Shown here: one piece after another, positions 1 to 7,451 of the stretch | How the letters are laid out: every line of letters starts with the position of its first letter | Position numbering within the stretch: the first letter of the stretch is position 1 | NCBI RefSeq assembly: GCF_003991155.1 | Contig: NZ_CP031297.1 | DNA: 64,000 nt | Source: Escherichia coli | Lineage (GTDB): Bacteria; Pseudomonadota; Gammaproteobacteria; Enterobacterales; Enterobacteriaceae | Direction: 5' to 3' (one strand) | The notes under the pieces: model-generated | What the model was told of the DNA's origin: nothing | Database searches by the model: none | What the model saw: only the letters and a program-made list of their open reading frames with translations | Program-made: the position numbers and the translations under genes

Positions 1-400
1 TTTCCATCCAGTGAATGGCGTTGATGCCAGAACCACAGCAGGGCTCATAAAAGTCTGCCGAAGACTGTGAGCCAACAATGAGTGACATCAAGCGGCCAAT
101 CTCTGGAGGAGTGGGGAAGTAATTGGTGCCCTTCTTGTGGAAGCCAGACATGCTTAGGACGTAACCCAAAACATCGCTGGTGGGGTCGCGCTTAATGGCG
201 GCAGACAGGACGTGAGAGAGCTCGAAGGCGACCGGCTGAAGTTCTTCCGGGATCTCCTCCTTGGCTGGGTATAGGCCAGTCTGCAAGTATGCCCACTGGT
301 CAATAAAGGCCTCAACAAACCGAGATGTGCCCATTCTGTATCGGGACTGCTCGATGAGAGATAAAGCCTTGGATGTAAGTTGCTGTGTTTCTGGTGACAT
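1..400 (-). CDS. N6-adenine DNA methyltransferase, N-terminal part (gene continues beyond window start)
   Basis: Minus-strand translation from ATG at 400: MSPETQQL...NYFPTPPEIGRLMSLIVG...FYEPCCGSGINAIHW, matching the (F/Y)xTP and DPxCGSG region of N6 methyltransferases; SD GGAG upstream; not in ORF track because no stop falls in the window. Confidence 0.7.
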   Translation of the reverse strand, partial: MSPETQQLTSKALSLIEQSRYRMGTSRFVEAFIDQWAYLQTGLYPAKEEIPEELQPVAFELSHVLSAAIKRDPTSDVLGYVLSMSGFHKKGTNYFPTPPEIGRLMSLIVGSQSSADFYEPCCGSGINAIHWME

Positions 401-491
401 AAGCGCTCCAGTTTGTTCTGACGAAACATTCAAGAGGTAGAAACGAAGAACCCCGCCGAAGCGAGGTTCTTTGCTTTCCTGCCTGATCGCC

Positions 492-635
492 TTAATGCCG
501 AAGCAAAGACGTCTTGATAAAGTCGGGGCAACCGGACATTTCCCGGTCGATGAAGTCCTGACGTTTCGCCAGCGGCCATTTCATGAACGCCGCGAGCGGG
601 ATGCGCTTATTCGTGTTAGTATTGCCTTGCAGCAT
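492..635 (-). CDS. Small hypothetical protein (47 aa) upstream of the methyltransferase gene
   Basis: ATG at 635 preceded by AAGGAG at 7 nt spacing; MLQGNTNTNKRIPLAAFMKWPLAKRQDFIDREMSGCPDFIKTSLLRH. Confidence 0.3.
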   Translation of the reverse strand: MLQGNTNTNKRIPLAAFMKWPLAKRQDFIDREMSGCPDFIKTSLLRH

Positions 636-771
636 AACAAAGCTCCTTAATTGCTTGATTGTGTTGTAAGGGCTGCAACGAAGGTCGAAGAGCGATGCGG
701 CCCTTATTTATGATTATTACAGCATCATAAAATAATATCAAGAGACAATAAAACGATACCAAGAAACAAAA

Positions 772-787
772 CTTTCACATGTGAAAG
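772..787. promoter_or_regulatory. Perfect 16-bp palindrome CTTTCACATGTGAAAG (copy 1 of 4), putative operator
   Basis: Exact palindrome in an AT-rich divergent intergenic region; identical copies at 18191, 39250 and 54646. Confidence 0.5.
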
Positions 788-847
788 TCTCCCCGCTGTC
801 CACCTCGCACACTCCAAACGCCCAAACGCCCAAATAACTTGTCTATC

Positions 848-875
848 TGCCCAAAATGGGCGCGTAAGCGTCCGA
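848..875 (+). promoter_or_regulatory. Motif B (GCCC-AAAAT-GGGC dyad followed by TAAGCG), copy 1 of 8
   Basis: Recurring dyad/hairpin motif located upstream of plus-strand transcription units. Confidence 0.4.
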
Positions 876-961
876 TAGAAAGTAATTGTTAGTGAGATAT
901 TGACTACACGGAATATGGCTATATCATAGAATCATAAAATGATGCTGTAAAAGTGATATGT

Positions 962-1339
962 ATGCCAAAGCAAGCAAATCATCTCCGTTTGAAGAAACCT
1001 TGCGCCAACTGTCCATTCCGGAAGGAGGGCGCTATCGAGCTGGCCCCTGGGCGATTAGAAGGCATCATCAACGACATCGTTGAAAACGACATGACGACGT
1101 TTCATTGCCACAAGACCGTGCACTCAAAGTCAGGTGGTGAATGGGATGAAGAGGGTAACTATGCACCTTCGGGACAAGAGTCGATGTGTGCCGGTGCTGC
1201 GGCTTACTTGATGAAAATAGGCAGGCCGACAGTGGCTATGCGAATTGCCTTTGCGTTTGGTGATGCAAAGGTGTCCGACTGGGACGAAGCTCAAGAGCTG
1301 GTTGTCGAGCCTTTGGTACAAGGGGACCGAAATGAGTAA
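962..1339 (+). CDS. Hypothetical protein with Cys/His cluster (CANCPF...FHCHKT)
   Basis: ORF 953..1339; first ATG at 962; first gene of plus operon. Confidence 0.65.
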   Translation: MPKQANHLRLKKPCANCPFRKEGAIELAPGRLEGIINDIVENDMTTFHCHKTVHSKSGGEWDEEGNYAPSGQESMCAGAAAYLMKIGRPTVAMRIAFAFGDAKVSDWDEAQELVVEPLVQGDRNE

Positions 1340-1613
1340 GCGATATGCGGTAGTGCCGCATCCGAAACTGAAACGAGAGTACAAAGGTCGGCTGGTCAGA
1401 ACTACTCGGGTACTAAAAAACGGCTGGGGGTTGATCCCTCTAGGGGCTGTGGCAACGGTCACGCATCAGTCTCCCAAGGGATCAGAACTGACCTTTGAAC
1501 CATGCGACTGCTGCGGCCTGAAAGCCATTATCAGTCATGTAAGCATGGACTCCATTGAATTTATCGAACCGATTACTGAGGAAGAAGATGGACGAGAACA
1601 AGCTCAACATTGA
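1332..1613 (+). CDS. Hypothetical protein
   Basis: ATG at 1332 with AAGGGGA upstream, overlaps preceding stop; in-frame part of ORF 1245..1613. Confidence 0.55.
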   Translation: MSKRYAVVPHPKLKREYKGRLVRTTRVLKNGWGLIPLGAVATVTHQSPKGSELTFEPCDCCGLKAIISHVSMDSIEFIEPITEEEDGREQAQH

Positions 1614-2262
1614 AACGGTCGATGGGCACAACGAGCTGGTAGTCAGCTTTTTGTCCAGAATGGTAAGCCTGAGTGACGAGGAAAAGCAGACAGTATTGTC
1701 CTGCCTTCCGGACACCGGCAAACAAACAATCACCCAGCTCTATGAGGCGCTGCGTTCTCAAGGGCACCAGGATCTTGCAGAGAAAGTCGAACCATACCTC
1801 CAGCAGGGGGTGTTTGGGCCGATCTTCGATAACGCCAAGTCCAAGGTGTTCGTTCGGGACGAAGCGCCTTTTTTCCTCATGGATGAAAATCCTTTGAACT
1901 GGGATGACGCTAAAGCATTCAATCGCCTACGTATGAGTACGACCTGTGTTCTTGGCCGTGGCGGCTGGACTATCGGTGAGCGCTTTGATGACCGCTTTGA
2001 TACCGAGGTGGGCGGAACACAGCTTATCGTCACTCAGTCACTCAACGAAAAAGGTGAGATTGAAGGAGGACTTCCTACCTCGATGTCGCTGAATGACTTT
2101 GCTGAGTTCCCTAAACAGCCAAGGCCTCCTCAAATAGTCGATTACCAGGAAGACAAGCGATACACGCTTGAGGAAGCGGAAGCTATCCCTGAGCTCGCAC
2201 CAGTGGTTCAGCGTCTGAAAGAGCGCATCGAAGAGTATGAGGAGAGAAGAGCCCATGATTGA
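1588..2262 (+). CDS. Hypothetical protein
   Basis: ATG at 1588 with GAGGA upstream; ORF track start 1555 is TTG. Confidence 0.75.
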   Translation: MDENKLNIETVDGHNELVVSFLSRMVSLSDEEKQTVLSCLPDTGKQTITQLYEALRSQGHQDLAEKVEPYLQQGVFGPIFDNAKSKVFVRDEAPFFLMDENPLNWDDAKAFNRLRMSTTCVLGRGGWTIGERFDDRFDTEVGGTQLIVTQSLNEKGEIEGGLPTSMSLNDFAEFPKQPRPPQIVDYQEDKRYTLEEAEAIPELAPVVQRLKERIEEYEERRAHD

Positions 2263-2761
2263 CCTGACATGCCGCCTTTGTGCTGGTTCCGGTGTTTATG
2301 ACTTTTCCCCTTCCAAAGAAACCTGCGGTATGTGCCAAGGGCATGGGAAATTTGTTGACGCCAAAGCAATGCTGGTGGCTGCCATCGAGCTGGCAAAGAA
2401 GCAACGCGAGCCTGTCATTGAAGTGGTAATGGGGTTGGTGCTCCAGGGTGTGGATGTTAGAGGGAAGGAGCCTGGAGAGCGGTTCAAGGCTGCTCAGGCC
2501 TTTAACGCCCCAGGGCACAACCTATTACGATACGGGTGGGATGCTTGGGAGCTCTATGCCCTCCATGAGGGTGTAAGTCCAGAACTTGCATCGCTTGGCC
2601 GAAGTGTGATGCGCGAGTGGCATAGCCATTCATGGGGCCGGTTCAGTGGAGAGGTAGGCTTTAACGCCGCCGAGATCATGATCAAACAGGCCAAAGACAA
2701 CCCAGAAAAAGCAGAAGAGCGCTGGGCGTTCCTGCTTAGTGAAGAATGGATGGTGGAGTAA
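2255..2761 (+). CDS. Hypothetical protein with N-terminal zinc-ribbon (CRLCAGSG...CGMCQGHG)
   Basis: ATG at 2255 with GAGGAGAGAAGAG upstream; two CxxCxGxG repeats. Confidence 0.75.
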   Translation: MIDLTCRLCAGSGVYDFSPSKETCGMCQGHGKFVDAKAMLVAAIELAKKQREPVIEVVMGLVLQGVDVRGKEPGERFKAAQAFNAPGHNLLRYGWDAWELYALHEGVSPELASLGRSVMREWHSHSWGRFSGEVGFNAAEIMIKQAKDNPEKAEERWAFLLSEEWMVE

Positions 2762-3078
2762 TTGTCGTGACAGAACAAACCAATAAGAAATTGATGCTGG
2801 ATGAGTCTCCAGATATGCCCCTGCAATTCAAGTGGAGAAAGTTTGGTGGTGCGATTTTTACTGCCACGCAAACAATGGAGCACGTCAAGGAAGGACGTAA
2901 GCTCGGGCCGACTCCAGCAGGGATGCTACCTCAAGAAGTGTGGCTGAACCGCCTGATCGCTATGGAAGAAACCCTGCCACGAGGGAAGTTTTTTGACAGA
3001 TTCCGCCGCCGCGACAAAAACGAGCAGTATGACTTGGCCGCCGATCATCTCCGTCTTGTCGGACAGAAAAAGCGATAG
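2746..3078 (+). CDS. Hypothetical protein (alternative GTG start at 2767 with GGAG SD)
   Basis: ORF 2746..3078 in operon context. Confidence 0.6.
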   Translation: MDGGVIVVTEQTNKKLMLDESPDMPLQFKWRKFGGAIFTATQTMEHVKEGRKLGPTPAGMLPQEVWLNRLIAMEETLPRGKFFDRFRRRDKNEQYDLAADHLRLVGQKKR

Positions 3079-3086
3079 GGGGATAG

Positions 3087-3587
3087 ATGAAAGCCCAGGC
3101 ATACCCACCATCAGTCATTCGTAAAGGCGCTGTGTTGTACGCAGCCCTTTATTACATCTCTGATGATGATAAAGCAAAGGTCGAGGTTACAGAGTGGATA
3201 GTTCGCTCTATTCAGAAACGACGCAACTCAACCAGCGATCAACGCTATGTCAATCTTGCCCAAAAGTTAGATGGGATTACGTGGGGGAAAAGGTCACGGA
3301 AGAATGGGGACTTTGGTTGGTTGCCATCTATACCGAGCTGGTGCTTGAAGCAGTTCCGGGAAGGTGGCGAATTGCCTTTTGGCGTTTATACGACGCGACT
3401 GGCCGCTCTCAAGTTTGCGAAAGTCAGCTTGCAGGAAGAGGTCCAATATTGCGAGGCCGAGCTGAAAAAGGCTCAGACAGAAGAGGATACTCAGGAACTC
3501 CAAGAGGAGCTGGCGGAGAACCAGAGACTTCTGAAAGCTGCTGGAGCAATGGTGAAGCGCGAGCAAAACAAGAAGAAAAGAGGTTGA
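3087..3587 (+). CDS. Hypothetical protein, coiled-coil C-terminus
   Basis: ATG with AGGGGGA SD; ORF 166 aa. Confidence 0.75.
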   Translation: MKAQAYPPSVIRKGAVLYAALYYISDDDKAKVEVTEWIVRSIQKRRNSTSDQRYVNLAQKLDGITWGKRSRKNGDFGWLPSIPSWCLKQFREGGELPFGVYTTRLAALKFAKVSLQEEVQYCEAELKKAQTEEDTQELQEELAENQRLLKAAGAMVKREQNKKKRG

Positions 3588-3590
3588 CCA

Positions 3591-5018
3591 ATGTTACCGA
3601 TCGTCTCCCCCTCCGTAGTAACCAAACAACTTGCGTTCAATCGAGTAGGCGATAAACGCAAGGTTAGGGTTTCGTCCAACTTTTTGGATGTTATGGGGTT
3701 CAAGCCAGGTATGGGCATCGCCGTTGAGCCAGGGGAGGGGATGGGCGGTTTTTCGGTGATCCCAGCGACCGATGAACTACAGACACACCAGGTTTATCAG
3801 CGCCGGTATCAACCAAAGAGTCGCTCCAACAACCCGCTGGAAACCGTTATTGAGTTTTCTGGACAAGGGCTCATAGATAAGTGCTTCCCTCGCTATACAG
3901 AGCGTTTCCACGTCGAAATGCGAAAAGGTCGAGTAGTCTTCACTCCCGTCGCAAACAGAGCCTTTGCCATTGCTGATCGGTTCAGAAAAACCAGCCCTTT
4001 CCGTGCCTTTGTGGCATTGACTGGCGGGGTAGACATTCATGTTATGGAATCGCTTGGCTGGAAGGCTGAGATTGTTTTGGAACATCGTCCAGTTGAAGCC
4101 AGAGACAGAGCATCCGGGCGGAACCTGAGTGAAGTACATGCGCTCAATACGCTGGTGAACAGCTCCCCGCGTATCCTGCTGAATGAAGACATTCATCACC
4201 TGGAGCTGGATCGCCTTGGAGCCTTGCTGGCGGAGTGCCCACCAATTGGTTTGGCCCATTACTCGTTGGGGTGTGATGACCACTCAAACGCCAAAAGTCC
4301 AAGGGACAAAGAGCGTTCTCTTGAAGATCTCTCCACCATGCTCGACATGGTTTACCCGGCACTAAAACAGATCGAGGTCGTGAACCCTGCCGTCGTGCTG
4401 GTGGAAAACGTCCCGAACTTCAAAGCATCCGGAGCCGGGGCGATGATGGGAACGACACTGCGGCGGATGGGGTACTTCCTCACTGAGATGGTCTTGAACG
4501 GTCTGGATTTCGGCGCGTACCAGGGGCGAGAACGCTATTACATGGTGGCGTCGGTCTTCCCTGGGTTCGTTCCACCGAAACCTGAGCAGAGAGCTGGTGG
4601 ACGATTGTGGCCGGTGATCGAGAAGCACCTCGGGGATTGTGCAGACGTCACAGCGTTGAAGTCAATTCAGGCCAGAGAGTCAACTTCTCGCAGGATGCCT
4701 GCGTTCTTGACGAGAGAAAGCACCAGTTGCCCGACCATCCTCAAGTCTCAGGATCGTGGGGTAAAGGATGCAGTGTACATCCAAGACGGTGGCCGCATTT
4801 ACAAGCCATCGGTCGATCTGGTTCAGGAGTTGATGTCGATACCTGATAGCTTTGATATTTCGTGGATGGCAAAAGAACAAGCGACAGAAACACTTGGGCA
4901 GAGTGTGGATTACAGATTGCATTCAGCGGTCATGGCCGCAGTTCGGGATCACCTGAATGTGAATTGCGGTCGCCATACCGTGGTGCAGCACGGTATCAGA
5001 AGTAAGGAAGGTAAATAA
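3591..5018 (+). CDS. DNA (cytosine-5)-methyltransferase-like protein with N-terminal AbrB/MazE-like domain
   Basis: C5-methyltransferase motifs: LTGGVD (I-like), SLGCDDHS (PC-like), NPAVVLVENVPNF (ENV), QGRERYYMVA (QxRxR), LGQSVD (X-like); N-terminal ~110 aa with AbrB-like pattern; paralog of 55614..57239. Confidence 0.8.
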   Translation: MLPIVSPSVVTKQLAFNRVGDKRKVRVSSNFLDVMGFKPGMGIAVEPGEGMGGFSVIPATDELQTHQVYQRRYQPKSRSNNPLETVIEFSGQGLIDKCFPRYTERFHVEMRKGRVVFTPVANRAFAIADRFRKTSPFRAFVALTGGVDIHVMESLGWKAEIVLEHRPVEARDRASGRNLSEVHALNTLVNSSPRILLNEDIHHLELDRLGALLAECPPIGLAHYSLGCDDHSNAKSPRDKERSLEDLSTMLDMVYPALKQIEVVNPAVVLVENVPNFKASGAGAMMGTTLRRMGYFLTEMVLNGLDFGAYQGRERYYMVASVFPGFVPPKPEQRAGGRLWPVIEKHLGDCADVTALKSIQARESTSRRMPAFLTRESTSCPTILKSQDRGVKDAVYIQDGGRIYKPSVDLVQELMSIPDSFDISWMAKEQATETLGQSVDYRLHSAVMAAVRDHLNVNCGRHTVVQHGIRSKEGK

Positions 5019-5674
5019 TGGCAGTCATTTACTACGGCGAGGGAACCCATGACGCCGGTTTCGTCGGGTTCCGTGTCGCACGAACAGTTGGGGTGGCGGA
5101 TGATTACCGGCAGGAATACTTCTCCTTGAGAGAGTATTCCTACGCAACAGCTCACCGGCTGGCCTACAGCTTGGACCGAAAGTGGGAAGCTGAGGCAGAA
5201 GAGGTGAAGCGTCAGAATAAGACTTGTAAGCGGCGACGCAACTCCGGGCCAAATATCATTGCTGAGGGGCTGAGGGCTTATATCAGTATCGAGAACCGGA
5301 GCCGGATGGGGGTGAAGAGAACCTACTTCGCACCTTGTTTTCTCGTCACAAAGCCAGGCTACGGCAATGGGGATATTGTTTTCAGGATTTCCACTCATGG
5401 CTACGCAGAAGCCTACGAAAAGGCGGTGGAAAAATATTGTGAGATCCATGATTTGACGGATGAGCAGTATGTTGAGTTGCTTGACCGTATGCCGAGTACA
5501 GAGGTGTTCACTGGATACCTGCTGAATGCTCTTTTAATACGCGGTCATCGCGCCACAAAAGCTGAAATACTGAGTAAGCTGGGGGCTGCGAAGAATGAAG
5601 ATGACATCACCAATAGCAAAGGGAAAAGCGGCCACAACAGAGTGCGTTGCCCAGAGTATCGGTGGGCGCAATAA
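5018..5674 (+). CDS. Hypothetical protein
   Basis: ATG overlaps preceding stop (TAATG); AAGGAAGG upstream. Confidence 0.75.
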   Translation: MAVIYYGEGTHDAGFVGFRVARTVGVADDYRQEYFSLREYSYATAHRLAYSLDRKWEAEAEEVKRQNKTCKRRRNSGPNIIAEGLRAYISIENRSRMGVKRTYFAPCFLVTKPGYGNGDIVFRISTHGYAEAYEKAVEKYCEIHDLTDEQYVELLDRMPSTEVFTGYLLNALLIRGHRATKAEILSKLGAAKNEDDITNSKGKSGHNRVRCPEYRWAQ

Positions 5675-5729
5675 CAGCGCCAGATGTTCAAACCATGTTT
5701 TATAGCAACACCTCTTTGGGGGCGGAATT

Positions 5730-6347
5730 ATGTTTTTTGATAACAAAGTAGAATCTCACTCGCTCGTAATGGGAGCCAGCGGGAAGGGCAAATCGGTCTT
5801 GTCCGAACAAGTGCGGAAAAACGCGAGGCTGCGCGGTGATCTGCTGGTGGATACTGAGATGTACCGTGAAGGTCGAGGGTTGAAACCATACGAGCATGAG
5901 TACGCTCGTCGCTTAGTTCTGGGGCTAAGTGGACCGTTGCCGCGTGAACTGCGTGGGAAGCCGGTGACGGTTATCTCTGATGTGTCCAGACCAAAAAAGG
6001 TAAAGCGTCAGCCAAAGCAATTTGTTAAGACCGTAAATGGCGTCACCCTTGAACGCCAATTGGTGGCAGATGCAAGAGACCAGTTGGAAATGCAAACAGG
6101 CGTCTGGCTCAAACAACCTCAGCTCATCGAGCTGATGGAAGAGTCGGGCATAGACGAAACTCTAGCCGATTTTGGTGAGGCTGAAACACAGATCCGAGAA
6201 ATGCTGGCGGATGCGTTGGCGATGAAACTGGTAGGGCGCTCATGGCCCAAGTGTGGAGCCCTCTATAACGCGGCAGAAAAGTCCGACGTTAACTTTTCCT
6301 CCGAGCTTGATGCTGCGGCAAAAGAAGCTGGATACATGGTTCGCTGA
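5730..6347 (+). CDS. P-loop NTPase of unknown function (Walker A GASGKGKS at residues 15-22)
   Basis: ORF 205 aa; GGGGG SD; Walker A motif read from translation. Confidence 0.7.
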   Translation: MFFDNKVESHSLVMGASGKGKSVLSEQVRKNARLRGDLLVDTEMYREGRGLKPYEHEYARRLVLGLSGPLPRELRGKPVTVISDVSRPKKVKRQPKQFVKTVNGVTLERQLVADARDQLEMQTGVWLKQPQLIELMEESGIDETLADFGEAETQIREMLADALAMKLVGRSWPKCGALYNAAEKSDVNFSSELDAAAKEAGYMVR

Positions 6348-6554
6348 ATGGGATTTGGTGTGGACAAGATAGATCGGCAAAGTTGGCTCGTTAAATTCAG
6401 GCGAGCGAAGTGTCAGGACACTTTAGACACGATGCGGGATGCGGCCATTCGCAACTATGAAGGGAATATTCGTGTTATCGCGGATATTGTATTGGCCCAT
6501 GAGGCGAGAGAGACAGAAATTGAAAAAGGGATGTTTTGTCTAATAGTTAGATAG
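6348..6554 (+). CDS. Small hypothetical protein
   Basis: ATG adjacent to preceding stop (TGAATG); weak SD. Confidence 0.45.
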   Translation: MGFGVDKIDRQSWLVKFRRAKCQDTLDTMRDAAIRNYEGNIRVIADIVLAHEARETEIEKGMFCLIVR

Positions 6555-6579
6555 TCTGATGAGCTATCAGGTGGTGATT

Positions 6580-6858
6580 ATGAAAAAGAGAATACTTCAT
6601 CTGCCCGTAAAAAAGATTTACTTCGATCAGATCAAATCTGGAGAAAAACCAGATGAATATCGCCTCGTCACAGACTACTGGATAAAAAGACTAGAGGGGC
6701 GCGAGTATGATGAAGTCCATGTTAAGTGTGGCTACCCAAAGGCTGGAGATATGTCCAGGATAGAGATTCGTCCTTGGCGTGGCTTCTCAAGGAACGTCAT
6801 AACGCACCCGCACTTTGGAGATTATCCGGTTGAAGTATTCGCCATCCATGTGAATTGA
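6580..6858 (+). CDS. Small PUA/ASCH-like domain protein (tentative)
   Basis: ATG at 6580 with AGGTGG SD; resemblance to ASCH-type small proteins is from memory only. Confidence 0.6.
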   Translation: MKKRILHLPVKKIYFDQIKSGEKPDEYRLVTDYWIKRLEGREYDEVHVKCGYPKAGDMSRIEIRPWRGFSRNVITHPHFGDYPVEVFAIHVN

Positions 6859-6920
6859 TTTTGGTATTCTGATTTAAAACTATTGTAGCTCAGGTATCAA
6901 AAGAACTTGGGTAATTAAAG

Positions 6921-6950
6921 ATAAGGGGCCGACGGCCCCTTAATTGTTTT
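6921..6950. terminator. Bidirectional intrinsic terminator (GGGGCC-gacg-GGCCCC hairpin)
   Basis: GC hairpin flanked by A/T runs between convergent genes. Confidence 0.5.
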
Positions 6951-7437
6951 AGTTTGTGAATATTGAACAATCGAGGTGGGATAGCGCTTGTTCGTAGCTA
7001 CCTTTGTTGTTCGTCTTACGCAGTGCCACCAGCTCAACAATCAATTGGCTTAAAGCCAGTGATTGAGGCTCCCAGACGCGCTTGCATTTGTCAGCCATGT
7101 TGGCATTTACGTCTGTAATGACGTAGAGGAAATCAGGGACGTCTTTCAAGGTCCCCAGGCCTTTTGCCATATCAACAGCCTCAGGGTTTTGATAGCTTCG
7201 AGTGGCGCTCAGGTCATCGTGGGAAATATAGCTGGCAGATGTCTCAGCGAAACCTAACACCATGCCTTTTCCTGCGCTTTTTGCAATGGCCGAGCCGATA
7301 GCTAGAGTTGGCATGATGGCCTGACCTATTTGGCGGGTAGATGCAGTTGCCAAGCCTGAGGCGATGTTCTTCCCGGCATCTTCGGCAGTGGCAGAGCTGG
7401 TTGTGAGCATCGCAGTTAAAATGATTTTTCCAAACAT
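6949..7437 (-). CDS. Secreted Ala/Gly-rich protein (signal peptide MFGKIILTAMLTTSSATA)
   Basis: ATG at 7437 with GAGGA SD; in-frame part of ORF 6949..7497. Confidence 0.7.
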   Translation of the reverse strand: MFGKIILTAMLTTSSATAEDAGKNIASGLATASTRQIGQAIMPTLAIGSAIAKSAGKGMVLGFAETSASYISHDDLSATRSYQNPEAVDMAKGLGTLKDVPDFLYVITDVNANMADKCKRVWEPQSLALSQLIVELVALRKTNNKGSYEQALSHLDCSIFTN

Positions 7438-7451
7438 ACTTAATTCCTCTA

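Noticed and set aside
154-429. 91-aa minus-strand ORF from the ORF track
   Set aside because: It lies in a different frame across the N6 methyltransferase coding sequence; its product is Ser/Pro/Arg-rich and low complexity, whereas the methyltransferase frame has clear motifs and an SD.
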